DNA of 32,000 bases from Paracoccus suum (GCF_003324675.1 NZ_CP030918.1:1740001-1772000), one strand, 5' to 3'. Counted from the first letter of the stretch, positions 16,632 through 25,709 are shown. The notes: generated by a model not told the origin, from the letters alone. Numbers and translations are program-made.

Positions 16632-17669
16632 TCACCCCTCCATGAACCGGCTGACGTCCACGGGATGAAGCTGATCCTTCAGGGCCGCCCGGAGGGCATC
16701 GACGCCGCGCCAGCGCAGATCCTCGTTGAAGTCCTCGCGCGCTGGCGACATCGCAACCGCTTCGATCCCGACGCTCGCAGCTCGGGCGATCAGGCTGTCT
16801 CTCGCGCCGTCCCCAGCCGGATCACGATCGCGAAGGACATAGAGCCTGCGCAGCGTCGCCGGGAACAGGATGGCGGCGAGGTGTGCGGCCGAGAGCGCCG
16901 CCAGCATCGGCATGTGCGGCAGAACCTGACGGGGCGACAGCACGGTCTCGATGCCCTCTCCGGCGACCAGCACATCGCCGGCAACGCCAAAATGGACGCC
17001 GTGTCCGAGAAGGTCGCCCATCGCCCGCCTCGGCGTTTCGACAGGCGCCTTGCCCGAGCCGTCCGGGGCGAGCCAGGTGCGGTGCGCGCCGGTCTGTCGC
17101 CCGTCAAGGTCGGTGACGGACGCGATCATCGCCGGCCAGATCTCCGTGGGCGAATGCTCGTCGGGCCGGTAATAGCACCGGGGATGGTAGCGCAGTGCGG
17201 TGCCGCCGATGAGCGACGTGATTGCCCGCCCGCTGAGGTAGATTTCCGCAAGCGTGCCGCCAATCGGCTGCGACACGGCGAACAGCCGCCGCGACGCTTC
17301 GGGCGAACCGACGGCAATGCTCGATGTCCTGCCGGTCGGTGTCCCGGTCTGTTCCGGCAAGGGATGCGGGAGACTGAGGAAACGGCGCGCTTCCTCGGCC
17401 ACATCCGTGAAATCGACGAGGCCAAGCGCCTCGCGGATGATGTCGAGCAGATCGCCATGGTCGCCGGTGGCGGCGTCGGTCCATTTCCCGGCCGGACCTT
17501 TGGGGGTGTCCCTGAGTCGGACATAGAGGGAGCGGCCGGGGCTGTTCTGCGCGTCCCCGACCTGCCAGTAATTGCCTGCCCTCCGACCGGAGGACAGGTA
17601 TTCGCGGCAGACCGCCTCGGCCTCGCGGCCGAGGCGATGCGCCAGTTCCGAGGCGTGACGCGAAGCCAT
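16632..17669 (-). CDS. Toprim-domain protein (DUF7146/primase-like)
   Basis: Toprim Glu in VAGEGIETVLS and DxD in VLRDRDPAGDGA. The N-terminal region resembles the zinc-binding/DUF7146 module. The ATG directly abuts the stop of the upstream gene (TAAATG). Confidence 0.8.
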   Translation of the reverse strand: MASRHASELAHRLGREAEAVCREYLSSGRRAGNYWQVGDAQNSPGRSLYVRLRDTPKGPAGKWTDAATGDHGDLLDIIREALGLVDFTDVAEEARRFLSLPHPLPEQTGTPTGRTSSIAVGSPEASRRLFAVSQPIGGTLAEIYLSGRAITSLIGGTALRYHPRCYYRPDEHSPTEIWPAMIASVTDLDGRQTGAHRTWLAPDGSGKAPVETPRRAMGDLLGHGVHFGVAGDVLVAGEGIETVLSPRQVLPHMPMLAALSAAHLAAILFPATLRRLYVLRDRDPAGDGARDSLIARAASVGIEAVAMSPAREDFNEDLRWRGVDALRAALKDQLHPVDVSRFMEG

Positions 17670-20600
17670 TTATGCGGCCTCCCGTTCGCCGATGCGTTCG
17701 ACCGGCCAGCGGTCGAAGAGCTTGCCGATGATTACCGGCCCCTGAGCGTCCACCGGCACGAAGAAGCGCAGCTTCCACGAGATGATCTCGTGATAGAGGC
17801 CATAGGCCGTGAGGCGCTGGCGCATCGTGTCGGTGAAGCCGGTGAGTTCGATGCGCAGCGCGCCCATGACGCGGACCCGGCGAAGCTGAAGGCCCTCGGC
17901 GAGATCGAGGATCGTCTTTCCGTCCATAAGGGCGGTGAAGGCATCCTCCGGCGTGATCGACGCGACGCCGATCGCGGTCGCGTGGGCAACCCAGGCAGGC
18001 GAAACGCGGCGGCCGATGATCCGCTCGCCAGCATCGGTCTGGAGCCGATAGACGCGGGTGGATTCGTTCGGCAACCGCTTCCAGATAGGCAACAGGAGAC
18101 CTGTCACCATATGCAGGGTGCTGTCGGAAAACTCCGGCACCTCGGCAATCTCGGCATTCCAGGCAGAGGCGAAGGCGTCCCGGTCGGCTTCGACCCAATG
18201 GGTCTCGGGCATGGTCTTGACCGGGATGTTGTGCGCTTCCGTCGGCCGGATCAGTCGGACACGGCGCTCGATCTCGCCATCGTCCAGCATGACGCTGGTG
18301 GTCGGAACCTGCACGGCGGCGCGGCCCGACCGCTCGTTTACCAACAGTACCGCGCGCGGATCGTCCAGGTTGCCTATGGCCTCCGACAGCGTGACCGGAT
18401 GGTTGCGCTTGCGCTCGATGATGGTCAGCAGGCGGGTCTGGGCGCCGGTTCGCGGATGGGTATAGATTGTTTGACGGTCGGTGACGGTAAAGCTCTCCGC
18501 TCGCAGCGTCTCCAGCCCGGCGTCATAGGTGCCCGACGCGATGGCGCCCTCGATGCGCGCCGTCAGAAGTTGCTCGAAGGCGGTGAACAGCACGCCCTGA
18601 AGCTCAATCGTCAAGGCCAGCAGCCGGTTCAGGAAGGTCGTGATGGCCGGGAGGTCATCCTTGATGCCGTTGGAGTCCATCAGCTTCAAGCCGGTGGCGC
18701 TCTCAAAGCGGTCGAGCGTGCATCCCTCGACCTTGCCGCGGACCAGCAGCAGGTAGAGCTGGCGCAGCGCGTCGCGGGCGTAATGCGATTCCAGATTGTC
18801 TTCGGGCCGAAACAGGCCCTGACCGGCGGTCTGGCGCTGGCCGCGCGTGATCGCGCCCAGGGTGTCGAGACGGCGGGCGATGGTCGAAAGGAAGCGCTTT
18901 TCGGCTTTGACGTTCGTGGTGATCGGCCGGAACAGGGGCGCTTGCTTCTGGTTGGTCCGGTGCGTTCGGCCAAGCCCCTGGATCGCAGTATCGGCCTTCC
19001 ATCCGGCTTCGAGCAGGTAATGGACGCGCAGCCGCGTGTTCCGTGCCGACAGTTCGGCATGATAGCTGCGGCCTGTGCCGCCGGCGTCGGAGAACACCAG
19101 AACCTGCTTGCCGTCGTCCATGAACGCTTGGGTTTCGGCCAGGTTGGCCGAAGCTGCGCGATTCTCGACGACAAGGCGATCAACAGTGACGCCCTTGCCA
19201 GCCTTGCGGATGATGCGCCGCAACCGGCCCGTCACTTCAGCCACGGTATCGGTGCCGAACTGCTGGATGAGCTGGTCCAGCGCACCGGGGACCGGCGGCA
19301 GGCTGGCGAGCTTTGCGATCAGCTCGTCGCGGCGGGCGACCGCTTCGCGGCTTTCGACGGGCCGGCCGTCGCGCATGACGGGCCGCGATGACGTATTGCC
19401 CTCCGAGTCGGTGAACGGCTCGTAGAGCTGCACCGGGAAGGAATGGGCAAGGTAGTCCAGGACATATTCCCTCGGGGTGATGTCCACGCGGACGTCGTTC
19501 CATTCCTCGGTCGGCAGCTCGGCCAGCCGGCGTTCCATAAGCGCCTCGCCGGTCGAGACGATCTGGATGACGGCCGAATGGCCCGCCTCCAGATCGGCTG
19601 CGATGGAGCGGAGCAGCGTCGGGGTTTTCATGCTGGTCAGGAGATGGCCGAAAAACCGCTGCTTGGCCGACTCGAAGGCCGAGCGCGCGGCGGATTTCGC
19701 CTGCCGATTCAGGGTGCCGGTGCTGCCGGTGATATTGGCCGCTTCCATCGCCGCATCCAGATTGTTGTGAATGATGGCGAAGGCCCCGGCATAGGCATCG
19801 TAGATGCGGGTCTGTTCCGGGGTCAGCTCATGCTCGACCAGCTCGTATTCGACGCCGGCGAAGGACAGCGACCGGGCGGTGTAGAGGCCGAGGGCGCGCA
19901 TGTCGCGGGCCAGAACCTCCATCGCCGCGACGCCGCCGCCCTCGATGGCCTCGACGAATTCGGTCCGCGTGGCGAACGGGAAATCCTCGCCGCCCCAAAG
20001 GCCAAGGCGCTGGGCATAGGCGAGGTTGTGGACCGTAGTGGCGCCGGTCGCGGAGACATAGACGATGCGGGCGTCCGGCAGGGCGTGCTGGAGGCGAAGC
20101 CCGGCTCGGCCCTGCTGGCTGGCGGCGACATCGCCCCGTTCTCCCTTGCCGCCTGCGGCGTTCTGCATCGAATGCGCCTCGTCGAAGATGATCACTCCAT
20201 CGAAATCCTCGCCCAACCATTCGACGATCTGCTTGACGCGGGAAACCCTATCGCCGCGGTCGTCTGAGCGTAGCGTGGCATAGGTCGTGAAAAGGATGCC
20301 TTCGGGCAGCGTCACGGGCTTGCCCTGCGGGAAGCGCGACAGCGGCGTAACCAGGAGGCGCTCCATGCCGAGCGCCGACCAGTCGCGTTGTGCGTCTTCC
20401 AGCAATTTGTCGGATTTGGAGATCCAGACGGCCTTGCGGCGGCCCTGCATCCAGTTGTCGAGGATGATGGCGGCGGATTCCCGACCCTTGCCGACGCCGG
20501 TGCCGTCACCGACGAAGAAGCCTTGCCGGAAGCGGACGGCGTTCTTGGCGTCCTCGGCCGCCGCGCTGACCACATCGCAGGTCTCGTCGACGGTCCAGGC

Positions 20601-22016
20601 CCCGGCGAGATGGTCGGCATGGGCCTGGCCGGCATAGATGACGGTCTCAAGCTGCGCGTCGGACAGAAGACCAAGAATGGTCTTCGGCAGATGCGGTCGG
20701 TAGCCGGGCTTCGGCGGGGCGACGCTCGCCATCGCCGCCGACTGGACGAGCTGGGTTGGATGAGGCTGGGCGCCGGGAATACGGATGACCTGAAGCGCGT
20801 ATTCCTCATAGATGGCGTCGGTGATGTGGCCGCCCTCGGCCGGCTGCCAATCGACAATCTCATAGTCGAGCGGTGCGGCTTCCGGCTCGGTCTGCGGCGC
20901 CGGGCGGGCGGCTTTCGCCGTGGCGGCGATATAGCCGCGCACGGTGCGAGGCGTAGGCGCTGCGGCAACCGGGACAACGACTGAAGGATCGACAGGCTGA
21001 CGCGCGGGCAGGCTCGCGCCGATCCAGACCATCAGGGTGGCGGCATCCGGTGCGGCGCCGGGAGAGGTCGGGAAGACTGCCGGATCGTCGGCGGGCAGCT
21101 TGTCGATGACGGTGATCCGGGTATCGATCGTCGTGCCATGCTTGGCATAGACAGAACCATCGACTGCGGCGGAGAAGACCACGCGACCGCGCTCCTGCAG
21201 CCGGACGAAGGCCGGGGTCCAGGCAGGATTATCGGGGGCGAAGCTCGCGCCGGTGATCGTCACCAGCCGCCCGCCGGGCGCAAGGCGCGCAAGCGCCGAA
21301 GCGACGTGGCGGAAGGCGGCATCGGCGACGCGGCCCTGGACATTCGCCAGCGCCGAGAACGGCGGGTTCATCAGCACCACGGACGGGACCAGGGCAGGAT
21401 CGAGGTGATCGTCGATCTGCGCCGCGTCGAAACGCGTGACGGACAAGGCGGGAAAGAGGGAGGAAAGAAGACCGGCGCGCATCTCGGCCAGCTCGTTGAG
21501 GACGAGCGCGCCGCCGGCGATCTCGGCCAGGATGGCGAGCAGTCCGGTCCCGGCCGAGGGTTCCAGAACCCGGTCGGCGGGCGTGATGGCGGCGGCAGTC
21601 GCGGCCGCCAGCCCCAGCGGGATCGGGGTGGAGAATTGCTGGAAGGTCTGCGCCTCCTCCGAGCGGCGTGTATGGGTCGGCAGCAGCCCGGCGATCCGCG
21701 TCAGCAGCGGCAGGCTATCGGCTGGCGAACCGGCTTTACGGAAAAGCGCCTTTCCGTACTTGCGCAGGAACAGGACGATCGCGGCCTCGCTGGCGTCATA
21801 GGCGGTTTTCCAGTCCCAGGCGCCAGCGGTATCGGACGCGCCGAAGGCGGTTTCCATCGCGCTGCGAAGCGTGGCGGCGTCGATGCGCTGGCCGCGCTCG
21901 AGGTGAGGCAGAAGAAGACCTGCCGCCGAAAAGACGGACGTGGCGGCATGGCTGTCGGGGACAAGCGGAAGCGGCCCGGCGACCGATGCCGCCGCGGATG
22001 CGGAAATCATGTTCAT
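17670..22016 (-). CDS. Large fusion of an N6-adenine-type SAM methyltransferase and a strawberry-notch/SNF2-like helicase
   Basis: Motif I LEPSAGTGLLA, motif IV NPPF, P-loop GDGTGVGKGRE and DEAH box IIFDEAHSMQN. Probable start MNMISASAA at 22016 (GAGG upstream); the track ORF extends to 22133. Confidence 0.9.
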   Translation of the reverse strand: MNMISASAAASVAGPLPLVPDSHAATSVFSAAGLLLPHLERGQRIDAATLRSAMETAFGASDTAGAWDWKTAYDASEAAIVLFLRKYGKALFRKAGSPADSLPLLTRIAGLLPTHTRRSEEAQTFQQFSTPIPLGLAAATAAAITPADRVLEPSAGTGLLAILAEIAGGALVLNELAEMRAGLLSSLFPALSVTRFDAAQIDDHLDPALVPSVVLMNPPFSALANVQGRVADAAFRHVASALARLAPGGRLVTITGASFAPDNPAWTPAFVRLQERGRVVFSAAVDGSVYAKHGTTIDTRITVIDKLPADDPAVFPTSPGAAPDAATLMVWIGASLPARQPVDPSVVVPVAAAPTPRTVRGYIAATAKAARPAPQTEPEAAPLDYEIVDWQPAEGGHITDAIYEEYALQVIRIPGAQPHPTQLVQSAAMASVAPPKPGYRPHLPKTILGLLSDAQLETVIYAGQAHADHLAGAWTVDETCDVVSAAAEDAKNAVRFRQGFFVGDGTGVGKGRESAAIILDNWMQGRRKAVWISKSDKLLEDAQRDWSALGMERLLVTPLSRFPQGKPVTLPEGILFTTYATLRSDDRGDRVSRVKQIVEWLGEDFDGVIIFDEAHSMQNAAGGKGERGDVAASQQGRAGLRLQHALPDARIVYVSATGATTVHNLAYAQRLGLWGGEDFPFATRTEFVEAIEGGGVAAMEVLARDMRALGLYTARSLSFAGVEYELVEHELTPEQTRIYDAYAGAFAIIHNNLDAAMEAANITGSTGTLNRQAKSAARSAFESAKQRFFGHLLTSMKTPTLLRSIAADLEAGHSAVIQIVSTGEALMERRLAELPTEEWNDVRVDITPREYVLDYLAHSFPVQLYEPFTDSEGNTSSRPVMRDGRPVESREAVARRDELIAKLASLPPVPGALDQLIQQFGTDTVAEVTGRLRRIIRKAGKGVTVDRLVVENRAASANLAETQAFMDDGKQVLVFSDAGGTGRSYHAELSARNTRLRVHYLLEAGWKADTAIQGLGRTHRTNQKQAPLFRPITTNVKAEKRFLSTIARRLDTLGAITRGQRQTAGQGLFRPEDNLESHYARDALRQLYLLLVRGKVEGCTLDRFESATGLKLMDSNGIKDDLPAITTFLNRLLALTIELQGVLFTAFEQLLTARIEGAIASGTYDAGLETLRAESFTVTDRQTIYTHPRTGAQTRLLTIIERKRNHPVTLSEAIGNLDDPRAVLLVNERSGRAAVQVPTTSVMLDDGEIERRVRLIRPTEAHNIPVKTMPETHWVEADRDAFASAWNAEIAEVPEFSDSTLHMVTGLLLPIWKRLPNESTRVYRLQTDAGERIIGRRVSPAWVAHATAIGVASITPEDAFTALMDGKTILDLAEGLQLRRVRVMGALRIELTGFTDTMRQRLTAYGLYHEIISWKLRFFVPVDAQGPVIIGKLFDRWPVERIGEREAA

Positions 22017-22110
22017 GGGGAGACCTCGGGAGAGCAGGACAGGATCGAGCCGCGCAGCGCTCTCTCTCGACCGCACAGGCTCAAACCCGTCCCGGCCTCC
22101 TCTGACTCTC
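22017..22110 (-). promoter_or_regulatory. Conserved structured leader element, copy a (upstream of the methylase-helicase gene)
   Basis: mRNA sense: GAGAGTCAGAGGAGGCCGGGACGGGTTTGAGCCTGTGCGGTCGAGAGAGAGCGCTGCGCGGCTCGATCCTGTCCTGCTCTCCCGAGGTCTCCCC-ATG. It shares the GAGAGT(G/C)AGAG box, the GACGGG/C(C/U)UGUC helix and the GAGAGAG hairpin with copies b-d. Confidence 0.65.
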
Positions 22111-22133
22111 GAAAGGTAGGCCGTGGCCGGCAT

Positions 22134-22165
22134 TCAAAAAGCGCCCTGCCTAATGGCAGGACGCT
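22134..22165 (-). terminator. Rho-independent terminator
   Basis: Minus sense: AGCGUCCUGCC-AUUA-GGCAGGGCGCU (11 bp including one U-G) followed by UUUUUG, 9 nt after the stop at 22174. Confidence 0.8.
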
Positions 22166-22173
22166 TGCAGGGT

Positions 22174-22818
22174 TCAACCGAAGCGGCGGCCGGTTGCCGT
22201 GAACGTGTATTCGTTGGCGGTGATCGCCTCGTCGACGGCCTCGTCCGAGGTGAGATACTCGTATTCGCGTTCGAGCTGCCGGTAGAGCCAACGGGCCAGG
22301 TCGCGCAGCGCCTCGGCCACGGCGTCTTCCGCATCGGCCGTCATATCCTGATAGGTTGGACTGTCGCGCTCGACCGAGATCGTCATGCAGTATTCGTGGT
22401 AGTAGTGACCGCGATGGCTCGCCTCGGCGCGAAGCTGGTAGAAATTACGCCGCTGGACCGCCTGAAGCGCCTCGGCGATGCGGTGCAGTTCGGCGTCTTG
22501 CGGCGCGTGTTCCCTGATCCGGCGCGGGGCGTTTTTCCGGTAGGAATAGAAGGTCTCGAAGCAGGCGCCGTCGCCCTGGCTCCAGAACCCCCGAAACCAG
22601 ATGCAGGGCTTCTGCCGGGAGCCGACGCCGTTGAGCCGCATGCTGCGGGTTTTCAGCCGAAGGCCGAGGATTTCCGCGATCTGTTGGAAATCCTCGTAAA
22701 CGGCATCATACCAGTCGTAGTCGAAGCCGCCTTCGCGATACCAATCGCGGGCCTTCTCCTTGGCGGCGTCAGCAAGCTCGTCGAGCTGATAGACCGTGGT
22801 TTCGATGACCTTACTCAT
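22174..22818 (-). CDS. Conserved conjugative-element protein of unknown function (214 aa)
   Basis: MSKVIETTVYQLDELADAAKEKARDWYREGGFDYDWYDAVYEDF...CIWFRGFWSQGDGACFE. GGAGG lies 8 nt upstream of the ATG at 22818, which overlaps the upstream gene by 8 nt. From memory this family is sometimes labelled an antitoxin-like stability protein; I cannot verify that here. Confidence 0.7.
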   Translation of the reverse strand: MSKVIETTVYQLDELADAAKEKARDWYREGGFDYDWYDAVYEDFQQIAEILGLRLKTRSMRLNGVGSRQKPCIWFRGFWSQGDGACFETFYSYRKNAPRRIREHAPQDAELHRIAEALQAVQRRNFYQLRAEASHRGHYYHEYCMTISVERDSPTYQDMTADAEDAVAEALRDLARWLYRQLEREYEYLTSDEAVDEAITANEYTFTATGRRFG

Positions 22819-23227
22819 CTGAGCCGCCTCCATCGAGAACCTGGGCGAGCCAGCCATCGGTGTAGGTCCATGCCACCGTCTCGCCGGTGGCGAGGTCGAG
22901 GACATGAGCGCCGCCGCCGAAACCGTCGAGGCGTGGCCGCGAGCAGGTGTTGGCGTATTGGAAGCCCCAGAGACCACTGAGGCGGAACTCGGTCGCGCAG
23001 ATCTTCACGAACCGCAGCAGACGCTCGGGATCGCCTGTCTGGTCATCGCGCATCCAGAGCCGGGCACCCCCGTGCTCCGGCTGGATCGATAGGAGAAACC
23101 CCTCGGACGGCGGTTCGTCGGAAGCGCCTTCCTCCGAAAGCTTGTTGTAGAGGTCAAGCGCTCGGGCGGCATTATCGGGCGTGCCGACGTCAAGCAGGCA
23201 CGAGAAATGGGTAAAGTAGTTGGCCAT
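22811..23227 (-). CDS. Hypothetical protein (138 aa)
   Basis: MANYFTHFSCLLDVGTPDNAARALDLYNKLSEEG..., ATG at 23227 preceded by AGGAG. The N-terminal part of track ORF 22811..23527 is a spurious extension. Confidence 0.65.
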   Translation of the reverse strand: MANYFTHFSCLLDVGTPDNAARALDLYNKLSEEGASDEPPSEGFLLSIQPEHGGARLWMRDDQTGDPERLLRFVKICATEFRLSGLWGFQYANTCSRPRLDGFGGGAHVLDLATGETVAWTYTDGWLAQVLDGGGSDE

Positions 23228-23238
23228 GTCAGGCTCCT

Positions 23239-23269
23239 GAAACGAGAAAGCCCGGCGCGATGGCCGGGC
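23239..23269 (-). terminator. Rho-independent terminator
   Basis: Minus sense: GCCCGGC-CAUCGC-GCCGGGC followed by UUUCUCGUUUC. Confidence 0.65.
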
Positions 23270-23301
23270 GAGGTTCAAGGGATGGACGCGGTGCGGAAGC
23301 G

Positions 23302-23505
23302 TCAGAGGCGGAACTGCGCCACAAGCCGCTGGGCATCGGCATGGTGGCGCAGCATGTCGCGATAGAACCGCTTTCGCGCGCCCCGCAGTGCGGGATCGCG
23401 CCGGGCCGATAAAGCCAGCTTGCAGCGCGCGGCGCGGATTACGGCGCGCTGGCTGTCCCAGACCAGGATGTCGAGGCGCAGGTAGGTCGCATACATCGCC
23501 ACCAC
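23302..23505 (-). CDS. Small hypothetical protein (64-67 aa)
   Basis: Helical-looking ORF YATYLRLDILVWDSQRAVIRAARCKLALS... The GTG at 23505 abuts the upstream stop; there is an alternative ATG at 23496. Confidence 0.45.
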   Translation of the reverse strand: MVAMYATYLRLDILVWDSQRAVIRAARCKLALSARRDPALRGARKRFYRDMLRHHADAQRLVAQFRL

Positions 23506-23906
23506 CTAGACGTTGATGCGTTCGCACAGAGCGTCGATACGAGTCGGATCGAGGCCGGTATGCGCGCCGTCATTGGTGACGATCTTTTCGAGCGCAGGTT
23601 CGAGATCGCCGCGCCCAAGGGCGAGCTGGAGGAGGCGCAGCCCCGCCAGCAAGGCGTCGCGCTCCTGGGCGGTGATGCCGATGGTAGGAACGCCTCGACG
23701 GCTTCACCGTCGTCGAGGAGGCGAACGCCGCTGTGCTCGTCGATCTCGTAATCGTCGAACTCCTGCACATAGCCGGTGGGGAGCCATGCGCCTTCGTAAT
23801 GAACGCTCCGGACGAGACTTCGCGCCTCTTCGGGCGTGTCGGCCTCTAGGACGGTTTCGTAATAGACGAAGGCGTCGTGGCCTTTGCTGACGACGAATTT
23901 CTGCAT
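23506..23906 (-). pseudogene. Small conserved-looking gene split by a -1 frame change (about 132 aa if repaired)
   Basis: The N-terminal frame MQKFVVSKGHDAFVYYETVLEADTPEEARSLVRSVHYEGAWLPTGYVQEFDDYEIDEHSGVRLLDDGEAVEAF turns into P/S/R-rich junk. My own translation of the -1 frame from 23703 gives ...PTIGITAQERDALLAGLRLLQLALGRGDLEPALEKIVTNDGAHTGLDPTRIDALCERINV ending at TAG 23508..23506. Confidence 0.6.
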
Positions 23907-23928
23907 GGGAAAACTCCATAGGTGAGAA

Positions 23929-23950
23929 CCCGGCGAAGCGAAGCGCCGGG
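23929..23950 (-). terminator. Hairpin (possible terminator) between two minus-strand genes
   Basis: CCCGGCG-8 nt-CGCCGGG, followed in minus sense by UUCUCACC. Confidence 0.4.
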
Positions 23951-23978
23951 TCGGATGGGTGGAAATCGGGGGATGGGA

Positions 23979-24536
23979 TCAGGCGGCCTGAGGCAGCCGG
24001 AGCAGATCGGCGGCGGCCTCGCGCCAGAAGGGGTCGACCAGGCGTGCTTCGAGCAGGCCGACCTGGTGGCGATGATTGCGGGCCGCACCCTGCTCGCCCC
24101 GGCCGGAGGCGGCGAAAGCCAGTCCGCGCAGGCGGCTGGCTTCGATCACGATCCGACGGGCCTCGCCGTCGCTGGCGACAGGCTGTTGCCAGAGAATGAT
24201 CCCGGCGCGGATTTCGCCGGCCAGAACCAGATTCTGATCGTTGTCCTGGATGACGGCGAAGCGTGGATGAAAGCGCAGCGTCTTATCTTGTCCCACGCCA
24301 ATGCCGCCGCGCCTGACCGAAACGGCCGCGAAGCTGGTGGCGTTCTCCAGCGACGGGCGGTCGCCGAGAAAGACGCTGCGGTCGAAGCTGTCGGCCTCGT
24401 CGGTGCCGGCATAGCGGGCCGTGCCGATGCAAGTGATGCGCAGCGGCAGCTTCGCGGCAAGGCGCAGCCGGGGCAGGATCTGATGCGCGAGGATGTCGCC
24501 GATCGGGGCGAAGGTGGTTTGAGGTGCATGGGCCAT
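23979..24536 (-). CDS. Hypothetical protein (185 aa)
   Basis: MAHAPQTTFAPIGDILAHQILPRLRLAAKLPLRITCIGTARYAGTDEADSF... The ATG at 24536 sits directly after leader copy b (GGAG 11 nt upstream). Confidence 0.6.
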   Translation of the reverse strand: MAHAPQTTFAPIGDILAHQILPRLRLAAKLPLRITCIGTARYAGTDEADSFDRSVFLGDRPSLENATSFAAVSVRRGGIGVGQDKTLRFHPRFAVIQDNDQNLVLAGEIRAGIILWQQPVASDGEARRIVIEASRLRGLAFAASGRGEQGAARNHRHQVGLLEARLVDPFWREAAADLLRLPQAA

Positions 24537-24622
24537 CGCAGGATGCTCCAGGACGGGCGCCGGGAGCTCTCTCTCCGGCAACCAACCCGTCACGGAAAAC
24601 CCGTCCGCACTCTCACTCTCCC
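24537..24622 (-). promoter_or_regulatory. Conserved structured leader element, copy b
   Basis: mRNA sense: GGGAGAGTGAGAGTGCGGACGGGTTTTCCGTGACGGGTTGGTTGCCGGAGAGAGAGCTCCCGGCGCCCGTCCTGGAGCATCCTGCG-ATG. Confidence 0.7.
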
Positions 24623-24731
24623 TTGTCGGGGCATGAGCCGGTGCCGCTGCCGGCGATGAGCGGTAGCGCAGCGCTGAAGGCCCGGACGCGATCTTGCGCT
24701 CCGAGCCGTCGGGGTGAGGCGCTGTCGCGCC

Positions 24732-24896
24732 TCAGCCGAAGGGATCAAGTTCCAGCCTGACCATTTCTTCGTCGCCATCGAATTCGTTGGCGGGCATGGC
24801 GCCGTGAGTGCCGTCCCCGGCCTGGTAGACGATAATCGAAACCATCAGCGTGGTGGCTAGGCTTGCGGCGAAAGCGGTGGCATCTGCATAGGACAT
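24732..24896 (-). CDS. Small hypothetical protein (54 aa)
   Basis: MSYADATAFAASLATTLMVSIIVYQAGDGTHGAMPANEFDGDEEMVRLELDPFG, with AGGAG 8 nt upstream of the ATG at 24896. Confidence 0.5.
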   Translation of the reverse strand: MSYADATAFAASLATTLMVSIIVYQAGDGTHGAMPANEFDGDEEMVRLELDPFG

Positions 24897-24977
24897 GGTT
24901 CCGGCTCCTGTCTTGGGAGGCGGGGGACCATCCCCCGCGCGACAGGCGCCCGAAGTGTCTGACCGGCTCTGCAATCA

Positions 24978-25014
24978 CCCTCGGGCGTTCGGACGTTTTC
25001 CGAATCCCCGAGGG
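24978..25014. other. Strong 37-nt imperfect hairpin (8 bp + 6 bp)
   Basis: CCCTCGGG-CG-TTCGGA-CGTTT-TCCGAA-TC-CCCGAGGG. No flanking T/U run on either strand. Confidence 0.6.
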
Positions 25015-25350
25015 CGGCACGCGCGCGTAAGCCGACCCCTTGCGGGTTGATTGATAAGGAGACGGATCGGACCAAGGTTGCGAATGGAAGCGGGATGGTG
25101 TCCGCCATCAGACAAAAGCCGGATCATCAATCTAAAAGGGTGCCATCGCCCCCCGCACTTCCCGCCTGTTGGTGAAGCGAAGATGTTTGAGGGTGTGAGC
25201 TGTCCGGGCACGAGCTTGGCCCGCTATGGCGTTTCATGGCGCCGAGGTCGACCGGTGGAATTGATGAAAATACTATGAGCGGCCGGTTGCGTCAGGATGG
25301 AATTCATACGCGCTCGAAGCTTTGATTGGGCCTCTTGTTGAGGTGAAGCC

Positions 25351-25500
25351 ATGAGCAGAAATGCACTTTTGCGGGCAACGATGAAGACGAACGAGAGCAG
25401 CCGATCATCCTGGCGTATGGCGATGACGGTTATCGGAGCGGCGTTTGGGGTCTGGACGAAGTCCGACACACCGAATCAACGAGGCGATCGACACTCATGA
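25351..25500 (+). CDS. Possible small membrane peptide (49 aa)
   Basis: My own translation: MSRNALLRATMKTNESSRSSWRMAMTVIGAAFGVWTKSDTPNQRGDRHS. GAGGTG lies 5 nt upstream, and the stop overlaps the next start (ATGA). Confidence 0.35.
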   Translation: MSRNALLRATMKTNESSRSSWRMAMTVIGAAFGVWTKSDTPNQRGDRHS

Positions 25501-25709
25501 TGAATGGGTATGTGACGGGTAAGTCCGCCAATGTCGGTGGAGAGCGACGGCGTTATACGGTCATTGAGAAGCCCGATGGGTGGTGCGTTAGCCTGAACGG
25601 GATGACAACGGGGGCGTTTCCGAACCGGGCCGCGGCTGCAACTGTGGCGAGGAGCCTCCAGCACCAAGCCGATAACCTCAATCACGTCTACGAGCGGAAA
25701 TCCCACTGA
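25497..25709 (+). CDS. Small DUF2188-like protein (70 aa)
   Basis: RRYTVIEKPDGWCVSLNGMTTGAFPNRAAAATVARSLQHQ fits the DUF2188 pattern (Y-x-V...GW-x-V...f.t..eAi..Ar). Confidence 0.5.
   Translation: MMNGYVTGKSANVGGERRRYTVIEKPDGWCVSLNGMTTGAFPNRAAAATVARSLQHQADNLNHVYERKSH

Noticed and set aside
16434-19391. 985-aa plus-strand ORF, the longest plus-strand ORF in the window
   Set aside because: It is antisense to the well-supported toprim and methylase-helicase genes. Its R/G/A/P-rich composition with no recognisable motif is typical of a high-G+C shadow ORF.
24897-24960. A fifth copy of the leader element upstream of the 54-aa gene
   Set aside because: Only the 3' arm region matches (CGCGACAGGCGCC at 24938..24950, 12 of 13 nt). 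The GAGAGTGAGAG box, the P1 5' arm and P2 are not recognisable.
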